A stretch of 64,000 bases of DNA from an uncultured Nitrososphaeraceae archaeon (GTDB taxonomy: Archaea > Thermoproteota > Nitrososphaeria > Nitrososphaerales > Nitrososphaeraceae). Within the stretch, counting starts at the first letter, position 1. Each line of letters starts with the position of its first letter. Below the pieces are notes generated by a model. That model was not told the DNA's origin, did not search any database, and worked only from the letters and a program-made list of their open reading frames with translations. The DNA is taken from contig CAVZZA010000003.1 of NCBI GenBank assembly GCA_963779615.1, forward strand, positions 1,120,001 through 1,184,000, in the 5' to 3' direction. Below are positions 32,515 through 43,469 of the stretch, piece after piece. A program made the translations under genes and the position numbers.

Positions 32515-33507
32515 ATGGAGTTAATACTACAAGAGATTATTTTGATAATATGTTTTTCAATTTCCATGGATTATTTGCTTGGGGAACCACCAAAAAGCAT
32601 TCATCCTGTTGTGTGGATTGGCAAAATCATCAGTTTTTTTACATGCCAGATAAAAAAAAGAAACAACAAAGAGAACAACATACTCTCTGAAAAAACTTGG
32701 GGGTCCATTCTAGCAGTATCTTTGATAACAACAATAGGAACAACAACTTACCTAATAACATTGCAAGCATTTTACATGTTAGGAACAATAGCATTTGTTT
32801 TACTATCAACATTTATCCTAAAATCAATGTTTTCGATAAAATCCATGGATAAACACATTATTGATATTCTAGTCGATATTGAAAAAAACGATATTGAAAA
32901 AGCCCGCAATGATCTAGCAAAAATTGTGAGCAGGGACACAAAAACATTATCCAAAGAAAAAATATTGTCTGCCTGCATAGAATGCACATCTGAAAGTTTC
33001 GTGGACGGAATTTTGTCCCCATTGTTTTACTATGGAATATTGAACATACCAGGGGCAACGATATTCAGGGTTGTGAATACCCTTGATTCAATGATAGGAT
33101 ATAAAGATAAATATCATAAAGATATCGGATGGATGTCTGCCAAAATGGATACAATAATGAATTTAATACCCGCGAGAATATCAATAGTTTTTTTAGTCAC
33201 GTCATCACTGATTCTCAATCTAGATTGGAAAAACGCTATTTCAACATGTAAAAAATATGGAAGAAGCACAGAAAGCTTGAATGCAGGAATACCCATGTCG
33301 GTCATTGCAGGGGCATTAAGGATTCAACTGGAAAAGGTAAATCATTACAGGCTAGGAGACATGCTAGAACCGATAACCATAGCAAAATGCAGAATAACAT
33401 TGAAAATAACAAAGATTGCTACTTTCATGTTTATAATTAGTTTTTTATTTCCAATTACTGTTTTTTTAAACAGTATTAACTGGTGGTCAATATTTTTTGG
33501 TTTTTAA
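32515..33507 (+). CDS. cbiB: Adenosylcobinamide-phosphate synthase
   Basis: GEPP..HPVVWIG, VNTLDSMIGY. Confidence 0.92.
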   Translation: MELILQEIILIICFSISMDYLLGEPPKSIHPVVWIGKIISFFTCQIKKRNNKENNILSEKTWGSILAVSLITTIGTTTYLITLQAFYMLGTIAFVLLSTFILKSMFSIKSMDKHIIDILVDIEKNDIEKARNDLAKIVSRDTKTLSKEKILSACIECTSESFVDGILSPLFYYGILNIPGATIFRVVNTLDSMIGYKDKYHKDIGWMSAKMDTIMNLIPARISIVFLVTSSLILNLDWKNAISTCKKYGRSTESLNAGIPMSVIAGALRIQLEKVNHYRLGDMLEPITIAKCRITLKITKIATFMFIISFLFPITVFLNSINWWSIFFGF

Positions 33508-34252
33508 GCCACTAATTGGATTGATTTCATTTTTAACAATAATACCAGTAGCCAACAAACTCCCCAATGATGATTATGGTTTAGAGAACATATCCAGACA
33601 TATGTATCTTTTTCCGCTAATAGGATTAATCATTGGAATAACAAACATCCCAATAGCAATTATTTCATTTTATTTTTTAAATCATTTGATATCAGGGCTT
33701 TTAATAACAATTTTTCTTATAATCATCACAGGTGTACATCACACAGATGCACTTGCTGATTTTGCAGATGGAATAATGGTAAAAGGAAACATTGAAAAAA
33801 AATACAAAGTAATTCACGATCCAATGATAGGCTCTGCAGGGGTTGTGGCAATTTCATCATATCTTTTAGGAATGACTGTAGCAATTTCATCATTTACGGG
33901 GGCAGAAAGATTGGTTGTCTCGCTTGTAATATCAGAGATTACCGCAAAATACACAATGGTATTACAGGCTTTTCTTTCCGAATCAGCTTGGGAAGGCCAC
34001 AGCTCCCTTTTTACAAAAAACATGAAATCCAAAAAGAAAATCATCACCGCTACAGTTGTGGCAGTGGTCTTGATGATAGTAATAGGACAGAGCATTCACT
34101 TATTATTACAGGTTTTTATCACAGGCATAATTTGTTGTATTGTGATAATATACATCGCTAAAAAAAGTTTTGGAGGGGTTACAGGGGATGTAATGGGTGC
34201 AACAAATGAAATAGTCAGGTTGTGTTGTTTGATATCAACAACACCAACATAA
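33497..34252 (+). CDS. cobS: Cobalamin synthase
   Basis: TGVHHTDALADFADG, FGGVTGDVMGA. Confidence 0.92.
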   Translation: MVFKPLIGLISFLTIIPVANKLPNDDYGLENISRHMYLFPLIGLIIGITNIPIAIISFYFLNHLISGLLITIFLIIITGVHHTDALADFADGIMVKGNIEKKYKVIHDPMIGSAGVVAISSYLLGMTVAISSFTGAERLVVSLVISEITAKYTMVLQAFLSESAWEGHSSLFTKNMKSKKKIITATVVAVVLMIVIGQSIHLLLQVFITGIICCIVIIYIAKKSFGGVTGDVMGATNEIVRLCCLISTTPT

Positions 34253-34750
34253 CGCATGACAATGCAAATCATCACTACCATAAATAACCACGTCTGTGAT
34301 AATGCATTGTAATTTTATCTGATTCAATCGTAAGAATATGAGGGGTCGGCTTCTACCGTCTTACCCACTGTATCGGCTTTTTTATGCCATCACGAACATT
34401 GAATCTATTTATAGGATTATTATATGCGTGTGTATATCATAATTGAACAATAAAAAAAGTATAACGACAGTGCCTCTTTCAATTATTATACTTGTGCTCG
34501 TGAAAATTATTTTACCAGGCGCAACCATAATCTGACAAAAATGCAATTGTTGTTCATAGTGCAAAGCACTAAAAATAAGATAAAACTGTCATATCCCATT
34601 CTGATTTTATCATAACAGTGATGATTGGGATCTTGATTGAGGGTTAATCCGAGTTTCAATCATTGGTATAGATTGTAACGGTTTAGGCATAATCTAATGT
34701 TTTATATTTTTGAAGAAATATTGTCAGACATACAATGTGTGTGAATATTA

Positions 34751-35140
34751 TTGGCTAGTTCTAGTAATTTTGCAATAGAAAAAGGCAAAAGCGAAAATGC
34801 AATCAATTGGATAAGGGAATTCAACATAAAAAACAACAACAAATCATTCAAGATATCTGTTTCAAAATATCCCTTAAGTACTTTAAACTTTGGATCTTTT
34901 GATCTTGTTGAATGGCAGGGAGATTGGTCCATAGCCAGAAATGTGTTCAAAAGGGTTAGCGCAAAATTAAATATCAAGGCCATTGAATCAGGCTATCACA
35001 AAAAAGGCAACATTCTAGAGGCCTTTCTAGGAATGAGTAAAGAATATGGGAAAGTGTATAGCGGCGGCAAATTTATTGGCACTGTAACATTTGCCAAAAG
35101 ATCTGGAAGGTGGATTGCGGAAAAAGAAAAACGGATATAA
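34751..35140 (+). CDS. Conserved hypothetical protein
   Basis: 129-aa ORF with protein-like composition. Confidence 0.6.
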   Translation: MASSSNFAIEKGKSENAINWIREFNIKNNNKSFKISVSKYPLSTLNFGSFDLVEWQGDWSIARNVFKRVSAKLNIKAIESGYHKKGNILEAFLGMSKEYGKVYSGGKFIGTVTFAKRSGRWIAEKEKRI

Positions 35141-35185
35141 AATTCACGGTGAGCAAACCATGACTTGAGTGTCCTTATGCAGGTT

Positions 35186-35644
35186 TTAACCAGACACCTG
35201 GATTCCCTCATCAGTGATTATAATGTCTTTATTGTTTGAATCAATGCGGTCATGCATAATCCATTTACCAGATGGCAACACTATGTAATTTTGTGTGACT
35301 ACCAGTTTTTGGTTTTCTTCAACATAGAACGTCCCACTCACTAGTAAAGTCCTTTTATCCAGTATTCTAGATTCAAACACTATTTCTCCGCTTTCTTCGG
35401 TTATTACAACATGGTCAGGGACATCTCTTTTTTTTATCAGGTCGGCATCACAAAACGTGCATCTATTTTCATTCACTTCAACTATGGCCTTATTGCGGTT
35501 ATTGGTAATCTTTGCTGAAATTAATGGCACATCATCATCACCACCATTTTTTTTATCCAAGGCAAATAACAGTTTATCATAAAACTTGATTTTTTTAGGG
35601 CTGTTTGAAATAAAATTATTTCCTATCAAGAGTGTATACTCCAT
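35186..35644 (-). CDS. Hypothetical protein (beta-rich)
   Basis: 152-aa ORF with ATG start. Confidence 0.6.
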   Translation of the reverse strand: MEYTLLIGNNFISNSPKKIKFYDKLLFALDKKNGGDDDVPLISAKITNNRNKAIVEVNENRCTFCDADLIKKRDVPDHVVITEESGEIVFESRILDKRTLLVSGTFYVEENQKLVVTQNYIVLPSGKWIMHDRIDSNNKDIIITDEGIQVSG

Positions 35645-35753
35645 ATTTTAATTTATTCTTGCCTTTTGTATCTATTTTATCCTTCTTTTTCTTTTTCTTT
35701 TTCTTTCTATCTCAAACTATAACTTTAAAAACGCTTTTGAATGTGAGAAAAAC

Positions 35754-36683
35754 ATGACATTGGGCTATAAAACAGTTGGTATTGTTGGGCTTGGCAAGAT
35801 GGGAGGCAGCATTACTGAACGATTACTAAATCGCGGTACAAAAATCAACATGTATAACAGAGATAAAACAAAGTTGAAGGTTTTTGAAAACATGGGAGCA
35901 AAGTCTTTTGACAATGTATGCGCACTAGCTGATGAAAGTGATTTTGTTATGACATGTGTTACTAATTTTGAGTCTCTAAAGGATGTATTGTTTAACAAGC
36001 AAGGAATAGCAGAAAGCACTAATGGTGAGTTGATTGTCGCAGACTGTACAACTATCACCCCAAGCCAATCATGCTATTGCTCAAAACGGCTAAAGGAAAA
36101 AAACGGCACAAAATTATTAAGTGCGCCAGTAATGGGAGGTCCATCTGATGCAAAAAATGGAGAATTGATTTCAATCATATCAGGGGACAAAAAATCATAT
36201 GAAAAAACGCGCAGTGTGTTTAACAAAATATCCAAACATGTATTTTACGTGGGAGAGGATAACGGCATCTCCAATTCAATAAAACTGGCATTAAACCTCA
36301 ACCTAGCCGTAATTTCCTTAGCATTTTCTGAAGGAATTGTTTTGGCAACTCACTCAGGCATAGACCCAGAAGCTTATCTAAAGATTTTCAACCTTACAAA
36401 ACTCAAAACAGGAATTAGCGAAAACAAGGGTCAAAAAATGATAAAAAACGATTTCTCGCCATCGTTTTTTTTAAAAAATATGCTCAAAGATTTAGATTTG
36501 GTCATGGAAACCTCTCAATCGCTGCAGATATCCTTGCCTGTTACCAGCCTAACACAACAATTATTCAGGGCGGCCAATAATTGCAATGATAAAAAAAACA
36601 AAGACTACTCAGCCATATTTCAATTTCTTGATGAATTGAACGGACCTGCTCGATTGCATAAAATCAAAACATATAACACATAA
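35754..36683 (+). CDS. NAD(P)-dependent beta-hydroxyacid dehydrogenase family
   Basis: GIVGLGKMG, APVMGG, IKLALN, KDLDL. Confidence 0.88.
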   Translation: MTLGYKTVGIVGLGKMGGSITERLLNRGTKINMYNRDKTKLKVFENMGAKSFDNVCALADESDFVMTCVTNFESLKDVLFNKQGIAESTNGELIVADCTTITPSQSCYCSKRLKEKNGTKLLSAPVMGGPSDAKNGELISIISGDKKSYEKTRSVFNKISKHVFYVGEDNGISNSIKLALNLNLAVISLAFSEGIVLATHSGIDPEAYLKIFNLTKLKTGISENKGQKMIKNDFSPSFFLKNMLKDLDLVMETSQSLQISLPVTSLTQQLFRAANNCNDKKNKDYSAIFQFLDELNGPARLHKIKTYNT

Positions 36684-37028
36684 AATTATTTTTTGTTTTT
36701 ACAAGACATAGTCAATATCCCGAATTAAAAACAATAGCATCAATTCTTATTGTATAATCATTATTGCTATCTTGCAGGGCATAAAAGGGCACAACAAGGA
36801 TCAGGGATAGATAAATCCCTGTAAGGTATCAAACTACATGGATTGCATATAAAGTATTACTTAAAAAGAGAACTATAAACATGGATTAGAGTAATTTGAT
36901 TTTACCGTCATAAAAATTTTTGGGCGCACATTATGGCTAAACAACAAAAGCAACAACAAAACCACCAGGCAACTTTTTGCACTGCAACTGGTGAGGGAAT
37001 TCAGTAACCCTATCAATTATTTTGACCC

Positions 37029-37517
37029 TTGTCGGGCCTTAAATTAAAAGTATATTTTTATACTTTTAGAATGTTTAGCATTATAATGGTTCAAGCTGTT
37101 GTTTCTTTCAAAAGCGGCGGGGTTGCTTTTATACTGGCATTTTTCTTTGGTTTAGTTTTTTTTAATGGTGTAGGCCACATGTTCATTGGAAAAGTAAGAA
37201 GGGGTGTTGGAATCATGATTCTTGGATGGTTTATCAATTCTCTAGCTTTTGTTTTTCTGCTTAATTCTCTTGTTAGTCTGCCTTTTATGCAATATTATAA
37301 TTCGTACAATAGCAATAACCAGTATAACTTTAACAATGATCCTTTTTTCCCCCAAAGCAACGATTATAACAATGATCCTTCTCAGTCTTTCTCACACTTT
37401 GCCCTTTTCGGTTTGGTTTATTTTCTTTATTTGCTGATTCAAGCAGCTGATGCCAATCGTTTGGCCAAAAAATTTAATCAGCATCTTGACAAAACTGGAG
37501 AGTTGTTATGGTATTAG
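37029..37517 (+). CDS. Membrane protein (TM2-like)
   Basis: KSGGVAFILAFFFG..GVGHMFIGKVRRGV. Confidence 0.7.
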   Translation: MSGLKLKVYFYTFRMFSIIMVQAVVSFKSGGVAFILAFFFGLVFFNGVGHMFIGKVRRGVGIMILGWFINSLAFVFLLNSLVSLPFMQYYNSYNSNNQYNFNNDPFFPQSNDYNNDPSQSFSHFALFGLVYFLYLLIQAADANRLAKKFNQHLDKTGELLWY

Positions 37518-37706
37518 TTTAATAATTCATATACATTTTTTTCCTTTGTACAACTGTTTTATGGGCGGAGCTAATGTATTTTATAACACATTGAGCGACA
37601 TTTGATAAAACAATTCTAAAATTGAATTAATTGGAAGAATTATTATTATAAATGTAGATGAAATATTCAACGTAGTGCATAAAAGGAAAAAATAAAAAAT
37701 TATAAT

Positions 37707-38027
37707 ATGTCTTTTGACGAATGCATCATTACAAAAAAAACCAAAGTGCCACTGTATGCTCTAAGTGCGTTTTCGATATTAATTGTTGTTAGCTTGACTC
37801 TGGCTTCAGGCATAAATATCGACAAATCTTTCGCAGACAAAGTTTCTTTGTTACCATTAAACTCAACAAGTTCTCAACTAAATAAGGATATGGCTCAATT
37901 TTATTCCTGTATAGAGGAATCTGTGGAAAATAGTGAAATTGATGGAGAGCCACATTATTTTAAGGAGGAGCCAACAAAAACCGAGGTAGCTTTATGCTAT
38001 AACGATGCGGTTGCAGACAAAAAATAA
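37707..38027 (+). CDS. Small exported or membrane-anchored protein
   Basis: N-terminal hydrophobic helix; Cys pair. Confidence 0.6.
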   Translation: MSFDECIITKKTKVPLYALSAFSILIVVSLTLASGINIDKSFADKVSLLPLNSTSSQLNKDMAQFYSCIEESVENSEIDGEPHYFKEEPTKTEVALCYNDAVADKK

Positions 38028-38122
38028 CACAGTACATATTCACGCAATCCATGTTTTTTATTTATAATCCCTCCAGATTCTTAATCCAGACTGTATTTTG
38101 AAATTAGGAAACTATATATCTT

Positions 38123-38665
38123 TTGGTCGCTAAATTAAACAATACCTTTATGCGAAAAGATGTCGATACTGAAGATCCTTTTATAAAAATTGCATCTTTG
38201 ATAGGCGGAGACGAGTATAATCAGGTTTCAAAGGCACTGCTGAAAGCTGAAGATTCTACTGATGAGGAAATAGCAATTGCAACAGGCCTCCGGATAAACA
38301 TTATCCGCAAGGTTTTATATGATTTATTTGGCAAAGCATTGATAACAGGTATACGGGTAAAGGACGAGAAAAAAGGCTGGTTTGTATACAGATGGCGGGC
38401 TAAAAGAGACAACGTGGACAACTTTATTGATAATCAAAAAAAGAAAATATTAGAAAGATTAGAAAGTCGGTTGGAGTACGAAGAATCATCAGAATTTTAT
38501 CATTGCGGAAACCAAAAATGTGACAGAATCAAATTTGATTATGCGATAGAATTATTTTTCAAATGCCCTGCATGTAATGAGCCGTTAAACATGGTCGACA
38601 ACAGCCAACTAAAAGATGCGCTAAGGTTTAAAATCGAACAGCTTGGTGCAGATTCCTCAAAATAA
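38123..38665 (+). CDS. tfe: Transcription factor E (alpha)
   Basis: TDEEIA..RKVLYDL..GWFVYRW; Zn ribbon FYHC..C..FKCPAC. Confidence 0.93.
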   Translation: MVAKLNNTFMRKDVDTEDPFIKIASLIGGDEYNQVSKALLKAEDSTDEEIAIATGLRINIIRKVLYDLFGKALITGIRVKDEKKGWFVYRWRAKRDNVDNFIDNQKKKILERLESRLEYEESSEFYHCGNQKCDRIKFDYAIELFFKCPACNEPLNMVDNSQLKDALRFKIEQLGADSSK

Positions 38666-38673
38666 CTATATAT

Positions 38674-39354
38674 TCATTTAGCTGTTTTTTTGGCATTGTT
38701 GTAATAAACTACTACTTCCCCATTGTTTTTTTTAAGTACTTTCGACAAATCTAGTTTTACACATTTTCTTATGTCATCAAAGCCTTTTCCCTCTATCAGG
38801 GTTATTGCGTCTCTCCCCCCAATTATCAGTGGAGAAATAGTAACTATCAGCTTATCAAAGAGATTATTTTTAATGATTGACCAGTTTATCTCCCCCCCAC
38901 CTTCAACCAGTATTTTTTTAACCCCAAATTCTGTTTCTAACTGCCTTAACGCCCTATCCAAATCCACTTTTTTTCCGCGCTCCCCTGAAACAATTATTTT
39001 CAAGCTTTGCCCTCTCAATAGAGCCAATTTATTTTTAGGAGCGCCTTTTGTTACTACCAAAATTGTTTCGACATCTTTTGCAGTCTTTACAATTTGTGAT
39101 TCAATTGGAATTCTTGCAGTGCTATCTATAATTATGCGTGTTGGATTTTTTTTTATTTTTGCACGCCTTATAAATCGAATATTCAAAAGAGGATCGTCTT
39201 TCAATACTGTGGATATTCCCACCAAAATTCCATCCACATCGCTTCTTAGCCTGTGGACCCTTTTAAGGTCGGACAGAGAAGAGATTCTCGAGTCCCCTCC
39301 CCTTGTGGACAATTTTCCATCTACACTGATTGCAGCGTTTATTATAACAATCAA
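38674..39354 (-). CDS. arfC: 2,5-diamino-6-(ribosylamino)-4(3H)-pyrimidinone 5'-phosphate reductase
   Basis: AAISVDGK, VGISTVLKDDP, LVEGGG. Confidence 0.88.
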   Translation of the reverse strand: MIVIINAAISVDGKLSTRGGDSRISSLSDLKRVHRLRSDVDGILVGISTVLKDDPLLNIRFIRRAKIKKNPTRIIIDSTARIPIESQIVKTAKDVETILVVTKGAPKNKLALLRGQSLKIIVSGERGKKVDLDRALRQLETEFGVKKILVEGGGEINWSIIKNNLFDKLIVTISPLIIGGRDAITLIEGKGFDDIRKCVKLDLSKVLKKNNGEVVVYYNNAKKTAK

Positions 39355-39369
39355 TATAAACCAGCAGCA

Positions 39370-40737
39370 CTAATTTATCCGGCATTTCTCATGAACGAAC
39401 TTTCCATCGATCATTATTGCTTTTATTGCCCTTTCTGAGCACCTATGAATTATTGACATGTATGGATCATGCATTGGGTAAATGTCAATATCATATTCAT
39501 CAATGAAAATTAAGTCTGCCCGGTATCCTTTATCTATGCACCCTATATTGCGGCAGAATATTTTCCCACCGTTAACCGTGGCCATTTTGAGTACCATTTT
39601 TGCGTCCAGAAACGAAATATTTTTCTCATATGCCCTTTGGCTCTTTATAAGAAAATCCATCTCTCTGAAGACATCCGGGGAATTTAACATAATGTTGTCG
39701 GTCCCTATAGCTATGATGAATCCTCGTCTCAACATCTCCCTTAGCGGAACAAAACCAGTGCCCAATACACCATTTGATCTAGGGCATATTACAATGCCTT
39801 TATTGGCAGAATGAAGCAGATCAAGATCATGCGTCGTTGGATTTGTTACATGGATGTATACATCCGGTTCCAATGTAAATATAGTTCTTTCCACCTCTGT
39901 CTTTCCGGTGTTTTTCAATGACTGTTCAACTGTCTGTGTAGATTCTGCGGCGTGTATTGCAAGTATTGGTTTTTCTTTTTTACTTTGCGTATCTTGTTTG
40001 TTTTTTTCATGGATTATCTTTTTATAAATTGCTAATATTTCATCATCACATTCATTGGCGCCGCTTATTCCAAAGCCACTGCATGAGTTTAATATCTCTC
40101 TACCTCTTTTAAAAACTTCGTTTTCAGCCAGTTCGCCAGTTTTTTTTACTCTGGTATTTGCAGGTGTGCTACTATTGTTATTATCATCATTATCCATCAT
40201 TACCGTATTTTTATTGATGATATTCTTATGAAAAGTGTTAAAGTCCATTCTTCCTAAAATAATACTTTTTATGGGAATGTCTTTTATCGCCGCTATTAGC
40301 AAATTCACCCCATACAAGTCGCCTTCCCTAAAATCAACAAACGTTGTGATCCCTTTGTTTAGCATAGATATCGCAGCATTTTTCATGAATTGTTTTAATT
40401 GATGAGGTTCGGTTTTTTCCAATATTGTTTTTTTTATGCTGTGATTCGGGTTAACTCTCGCATCCAGGTCTGCATTTGACAGTATATCCTTTCCTATGGC
40501 ATCGCCTATGTGGGTATGCGAGTTTACCAAACCAGGGATAACCACATATCCTCCGGCATCAAGAGTGCTTGTTCTTTTACCGCTTACAAGTTGTGAATAA
40601 TATTTACTATCTGTTATATCTGAATTTTGCCCTGCTTTTTCTATAATGCCATAATTGTCTATAACTATAATGCCGTTTTTTATTATTTGTAATTCGTTAC
40701 CATACAAAATAGTAGCGTTTTTTATGATTTTGGTCAA
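39370..40737 (-). CDS. Metal-dependent amidohydrolase within the riboflavin operon
   Basis: PGLVNSHTH, IHAAES, CPRSN, GTDN. Confidence 0.85.
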   Translation of the reverse strand: MTKIIKNATILYGNELQIIKNGIIVIDNYGIIEKAGQNSDITDSKYYSQLVSGKRTSTLDAGGYVVIPGLVNSHTHIGDAIGKDILSNADLDARVNPNHSIKKTILEKTEPHQLKQFMKNAAISMLNKGITTFVDFREGDLYGVNLLIAAIKDIPIKSIILGRMDFNTFHKNIINKNTVMMDNDDNNNSSTPANTRVKKTGELAENEVFKRGREILNSCSGFGISGANECDDEILAIYKKIIHEKNKQDTQSKKEKPILAIHAAESTQTVEQSLKNTGKTEVERTIFTLEPDVYIHVTNPTTHDLDLLHSANKGIVICPRSNGVLGTGFVPLREMLRRGFIIAIGTDNIMLNSPDVFREMDFLIKSQRAYEKNISFLDAKMVLKMATVNGGKIFCRNIGCIDKGYRADLIFIDEYDIDIYPMHDPYMSIIHRCSERAIKAIMIDGKFVHEKCRIN

Positions 40738-40743
40738 GATAAT

Positions 40744-41537
40744 TCATAAACATTGATTATTGTGCCGTTTTTTCCTAAATTCTCTTATTATGCCAAGCGA
40801 TTTGGTCGCCAATTCAGCTGCTTTTCTCCCTGTTTCTCCATTACCAATTCCACAGTTTAGTTTTATTTTTGTTAGTTTGGCTAGCGAATCAACAATTTCT
40901 TTAACTCTTTCTACTGCCATATTCTTTTTTGCAAGCACCATAAAGTTATCTCCGCCTAGAAAAAACGACAAGCTTTCTTCTTTCATGAAGATGTCTGAAA
41001 TCTTTGAGTATAGTTTTACAATCAAATTTGTTGTTTCATAGGATGACAAATTTTTGGTTATTGCTGTTGAATCATTAATGTCGATATGAAGAATTTTGAT
41101 ATCGCTATTGCGTGCTTCCGTTTGCAAACTAATTTTTTTTTTACCTGTGTTGACATGTCCTCTTTGTTTGCGTAAATAGCAGGTGCAACTAAATACTCTT
41201 TTTTGTTTTTCATTAAATGCGCCTTTTTATTAGACTTTAATGGTGTTTCATCAATTCCTATAGTCATTGACAATTTTACTTTATCATATTTTTTTGAAAG
41301 GTCGTCATAAATTCTTCCGTGTTCGCCCACATTAATCTGATTTGTAATGGCAATAAATTCATCAAGCCTATTTGAAAAAACCAACCCGTTTTTACGGGAA
41401 AATGATTCTTGTAAATCGGCATATATCTTTGACTGCAATATTTGCAGACTGTGTTCCCTGTCACTCCCTAGGCTTAATGTCCATGGACCATAACCTTCTA
41501 ATTTAATTACTGTTGTTTGACAAGTCATTTTAATCAA
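40744..41537 (-). CDS. gch3: GTP cyclohydrolase III (frameshifted)
   Basis: YGPWTLSLGSDREHSLQ, HIDINDST, FLGGDNF. Confidence 0.9.
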
Positions 41538-41991
41538 TTATTTTTGTTTCTTTATTTTTTAGTCTATTTTTTTTAAGATCTTTTAATTTGTTAACCATAG
41601 AAATAGCGGTATTAATGGAATGATGAGACACAGGTATTATTCTTGCTTCAGCTTGCTCCATACTCATTTCTGGTCCAGTGATACCCAGTGCTACAGGTTT
41701 GCCATATTTTAACGAAAGATCACCCAAAAGTCTGGCTGTATTATTTGCTATTACTTTATCATGACCTGTCTCCCCTTTTACTACTGCGCCCAATGTTACC
41801 ATGGCATCAATATTTTTTTTCTTTAACATCTCTTCCACTATTAGCGGCATGTCAAATACCCCAGGAACAAAGCAGACATACATAACCTTTATTGACAGGT
41901 CTTGAGCATATTTTTTTGCTTCATTTAGCATCGACAATGTTATTTCGTTGTTAAAGTCGGCTACCACTATCCCTATTTTTATTTTAATCAT
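41530..41991 (-). CDS. ribH: 6,7-dimethyl-8-ribityllumazine synthase
   Basis: VVADFN, VPGVFDMP, LGAVVKGETGH. Confidence 0.93.
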   Translation of the reverse strand: MIKIKIGIVVADFNNEITLSMLNEAKKYAQDLSIKVMYVCFVPGVFDMPLIVEEMLKKKNIDAMVTLGAVVKGETGHDKVIANNTARLLGDLSLKYGKPVALGITGPEMSMEQAEARIIPVSHHSINTAISMVNKLKDLKKNRLKNKETKIID

Positions 41992-42718
41992 ATGTTGACA
42001 TTTTTTGCATAAGCCATCAGATCTTTTGAGTCAAGTATAACAATGTTGTTGTCTTTGGCATATTTACAGGCATCTGTGTAAGATAATGCTTTATAGTTAT
42101 TAGGATCTAGCATTTCACATATTGCGGTTACATTTGCAATATTTGCAATTTTTGTAAGGAAAACAGACATCTCTGTATGGCCCATTCTTTCATTAAGAAG
42201 TCCTTTTGAGGCTATTAAAATAGGCACATGACCGGGTGTTACTAAAGTTATTTTGAAATTCTTCAATCATCATTATTTTATTGCCATCTTCTTCTGATTG
42301 CAATTCTTTACAAATCGCGGCTAGTGATGAAATTGTTAACGCTCGGTCATAATCTGTTATTCCAGTGTATGTGTTGACATGATTCATTGTAATTGAAAAA
42401 GAGGGTTTATCCCCATAAGGCGAGGTATCTTTGGTTATTGATGAAATAGATTGATTGGACTTCCCAAAAATTTTTAAAACATCGTACATGTAGGGCAATC
42501 CCAGTTTTAAAGAAAGTTCTTTTGAAATCGCGGTGCAAATCAACCCTCCTGCGTCTTTCCTCATAATCTGAAATGTGCCTGGGCAAAATATTTTCGGCAG
42601 AAACAACCATATCAATTTCGTTTTCTCTATCTCGCATCATCATGAATTAGAACAAAATTCCCATTTCTTAACGCTGTAACTGCCTCAGATATTTTTGTCA
42701 ACTGTATTTTTTTCTCAT
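41988..42718 (-). CDS. ribB: 3,4-dihydroxy-2-butanone 4-phosphate synthase (two frameshifts)
   Basis: DRENEIDM, GGLIC, TGITDYDRALT, PGHV, RMGHTE, CEML. Confidence 0.9.
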
Positions 42719-42724
42719 TTATTG

Positions 42725-43390
42725 TTAATATAGTTTACTATTTTTTTTGTTATTACCAATATTTTGGTAGATTTTTGAAACATACCTTGCAAGTATATCA
42801 ACCTCCACATTTACGAAATCGCCTTCCTTTTTAATACCTAATGTGGTGTTTTCTAGTGTATGGGGTATTAAAGCGATTTCCATTTTGTTTTTTGTTGTCT
42901 TTACCACGGTCAGACTTATTCCATCTATTGTAATTGATCCCTTTTGGGCAATAAGGTGTAATATGCTTTGGTCTGCAATTTCGATTATGATTCTGCTCCC
43001 TTTGCTGTTTTTTTCAATGCCCGCTATTTTTCCAATACAATCAACATGCCCAAGAATAAAATGCCCCTCCAGCCTGTCCCCCACTTTTAAACTTCGCTCT
43101 ATGTTCACTTTGTCTCCTTTTTTTATATAAGAAAAACAGGTTTTTTCAATGGTTTCATCAATGATTTGAAAAGTAGCAAGGCTTCCATTTAGTTGCGCAA
43201 TCGTTAAACAAACTCCATTTATTGCAATGCTATCGCCGATTTTTAGGTTTTTTAATTTTTCCATATTTATTGTTATTTCCGTGTGATGTCCATTTTTATT
43301 GTCGGTTCGGGTTTTGTTGTTTTTGTTCGCGTCAGGGGTTTTTTTTACCTCTTCTATTTTTACTAGATCCTCTATAATTCCAGTAAACAT
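42725..43390 (-). CDS. ribE: Riboflavin synthase, bacterial-type alpha chain
   Basis: MFTGII, GDSIAINGVCLT, GHVD, KGSITIDGISLT. Confidence 0.93.
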   Translation of the reverse strand: MFTGIIEDLVKIEEVKKTPDANKNNKTRTDNKNGHHTEITINMEKLKNLKIGDSIAINGVCLTIAQLNGSLATFQIIDETIEKTCFSYIKKGDKVNIERSLKVGDRLEGHFILGHVDCIGKIAGIEKNSKGSRIIIEIADQSILHLIAQKGSITIDGISLTVVKTTKNKMEIALIPHTLENTTLGIKKEGDFVNVEVDILARYVSKIYQNIGNNKKNSKLY

Positions 43391-43469
43391 TGTGTGTTAT
43401 TTGACAAATATGCAACATAATATAATATAATGCTGAATGCTTTACAACAGATTACAAAAATAGGGTTTT

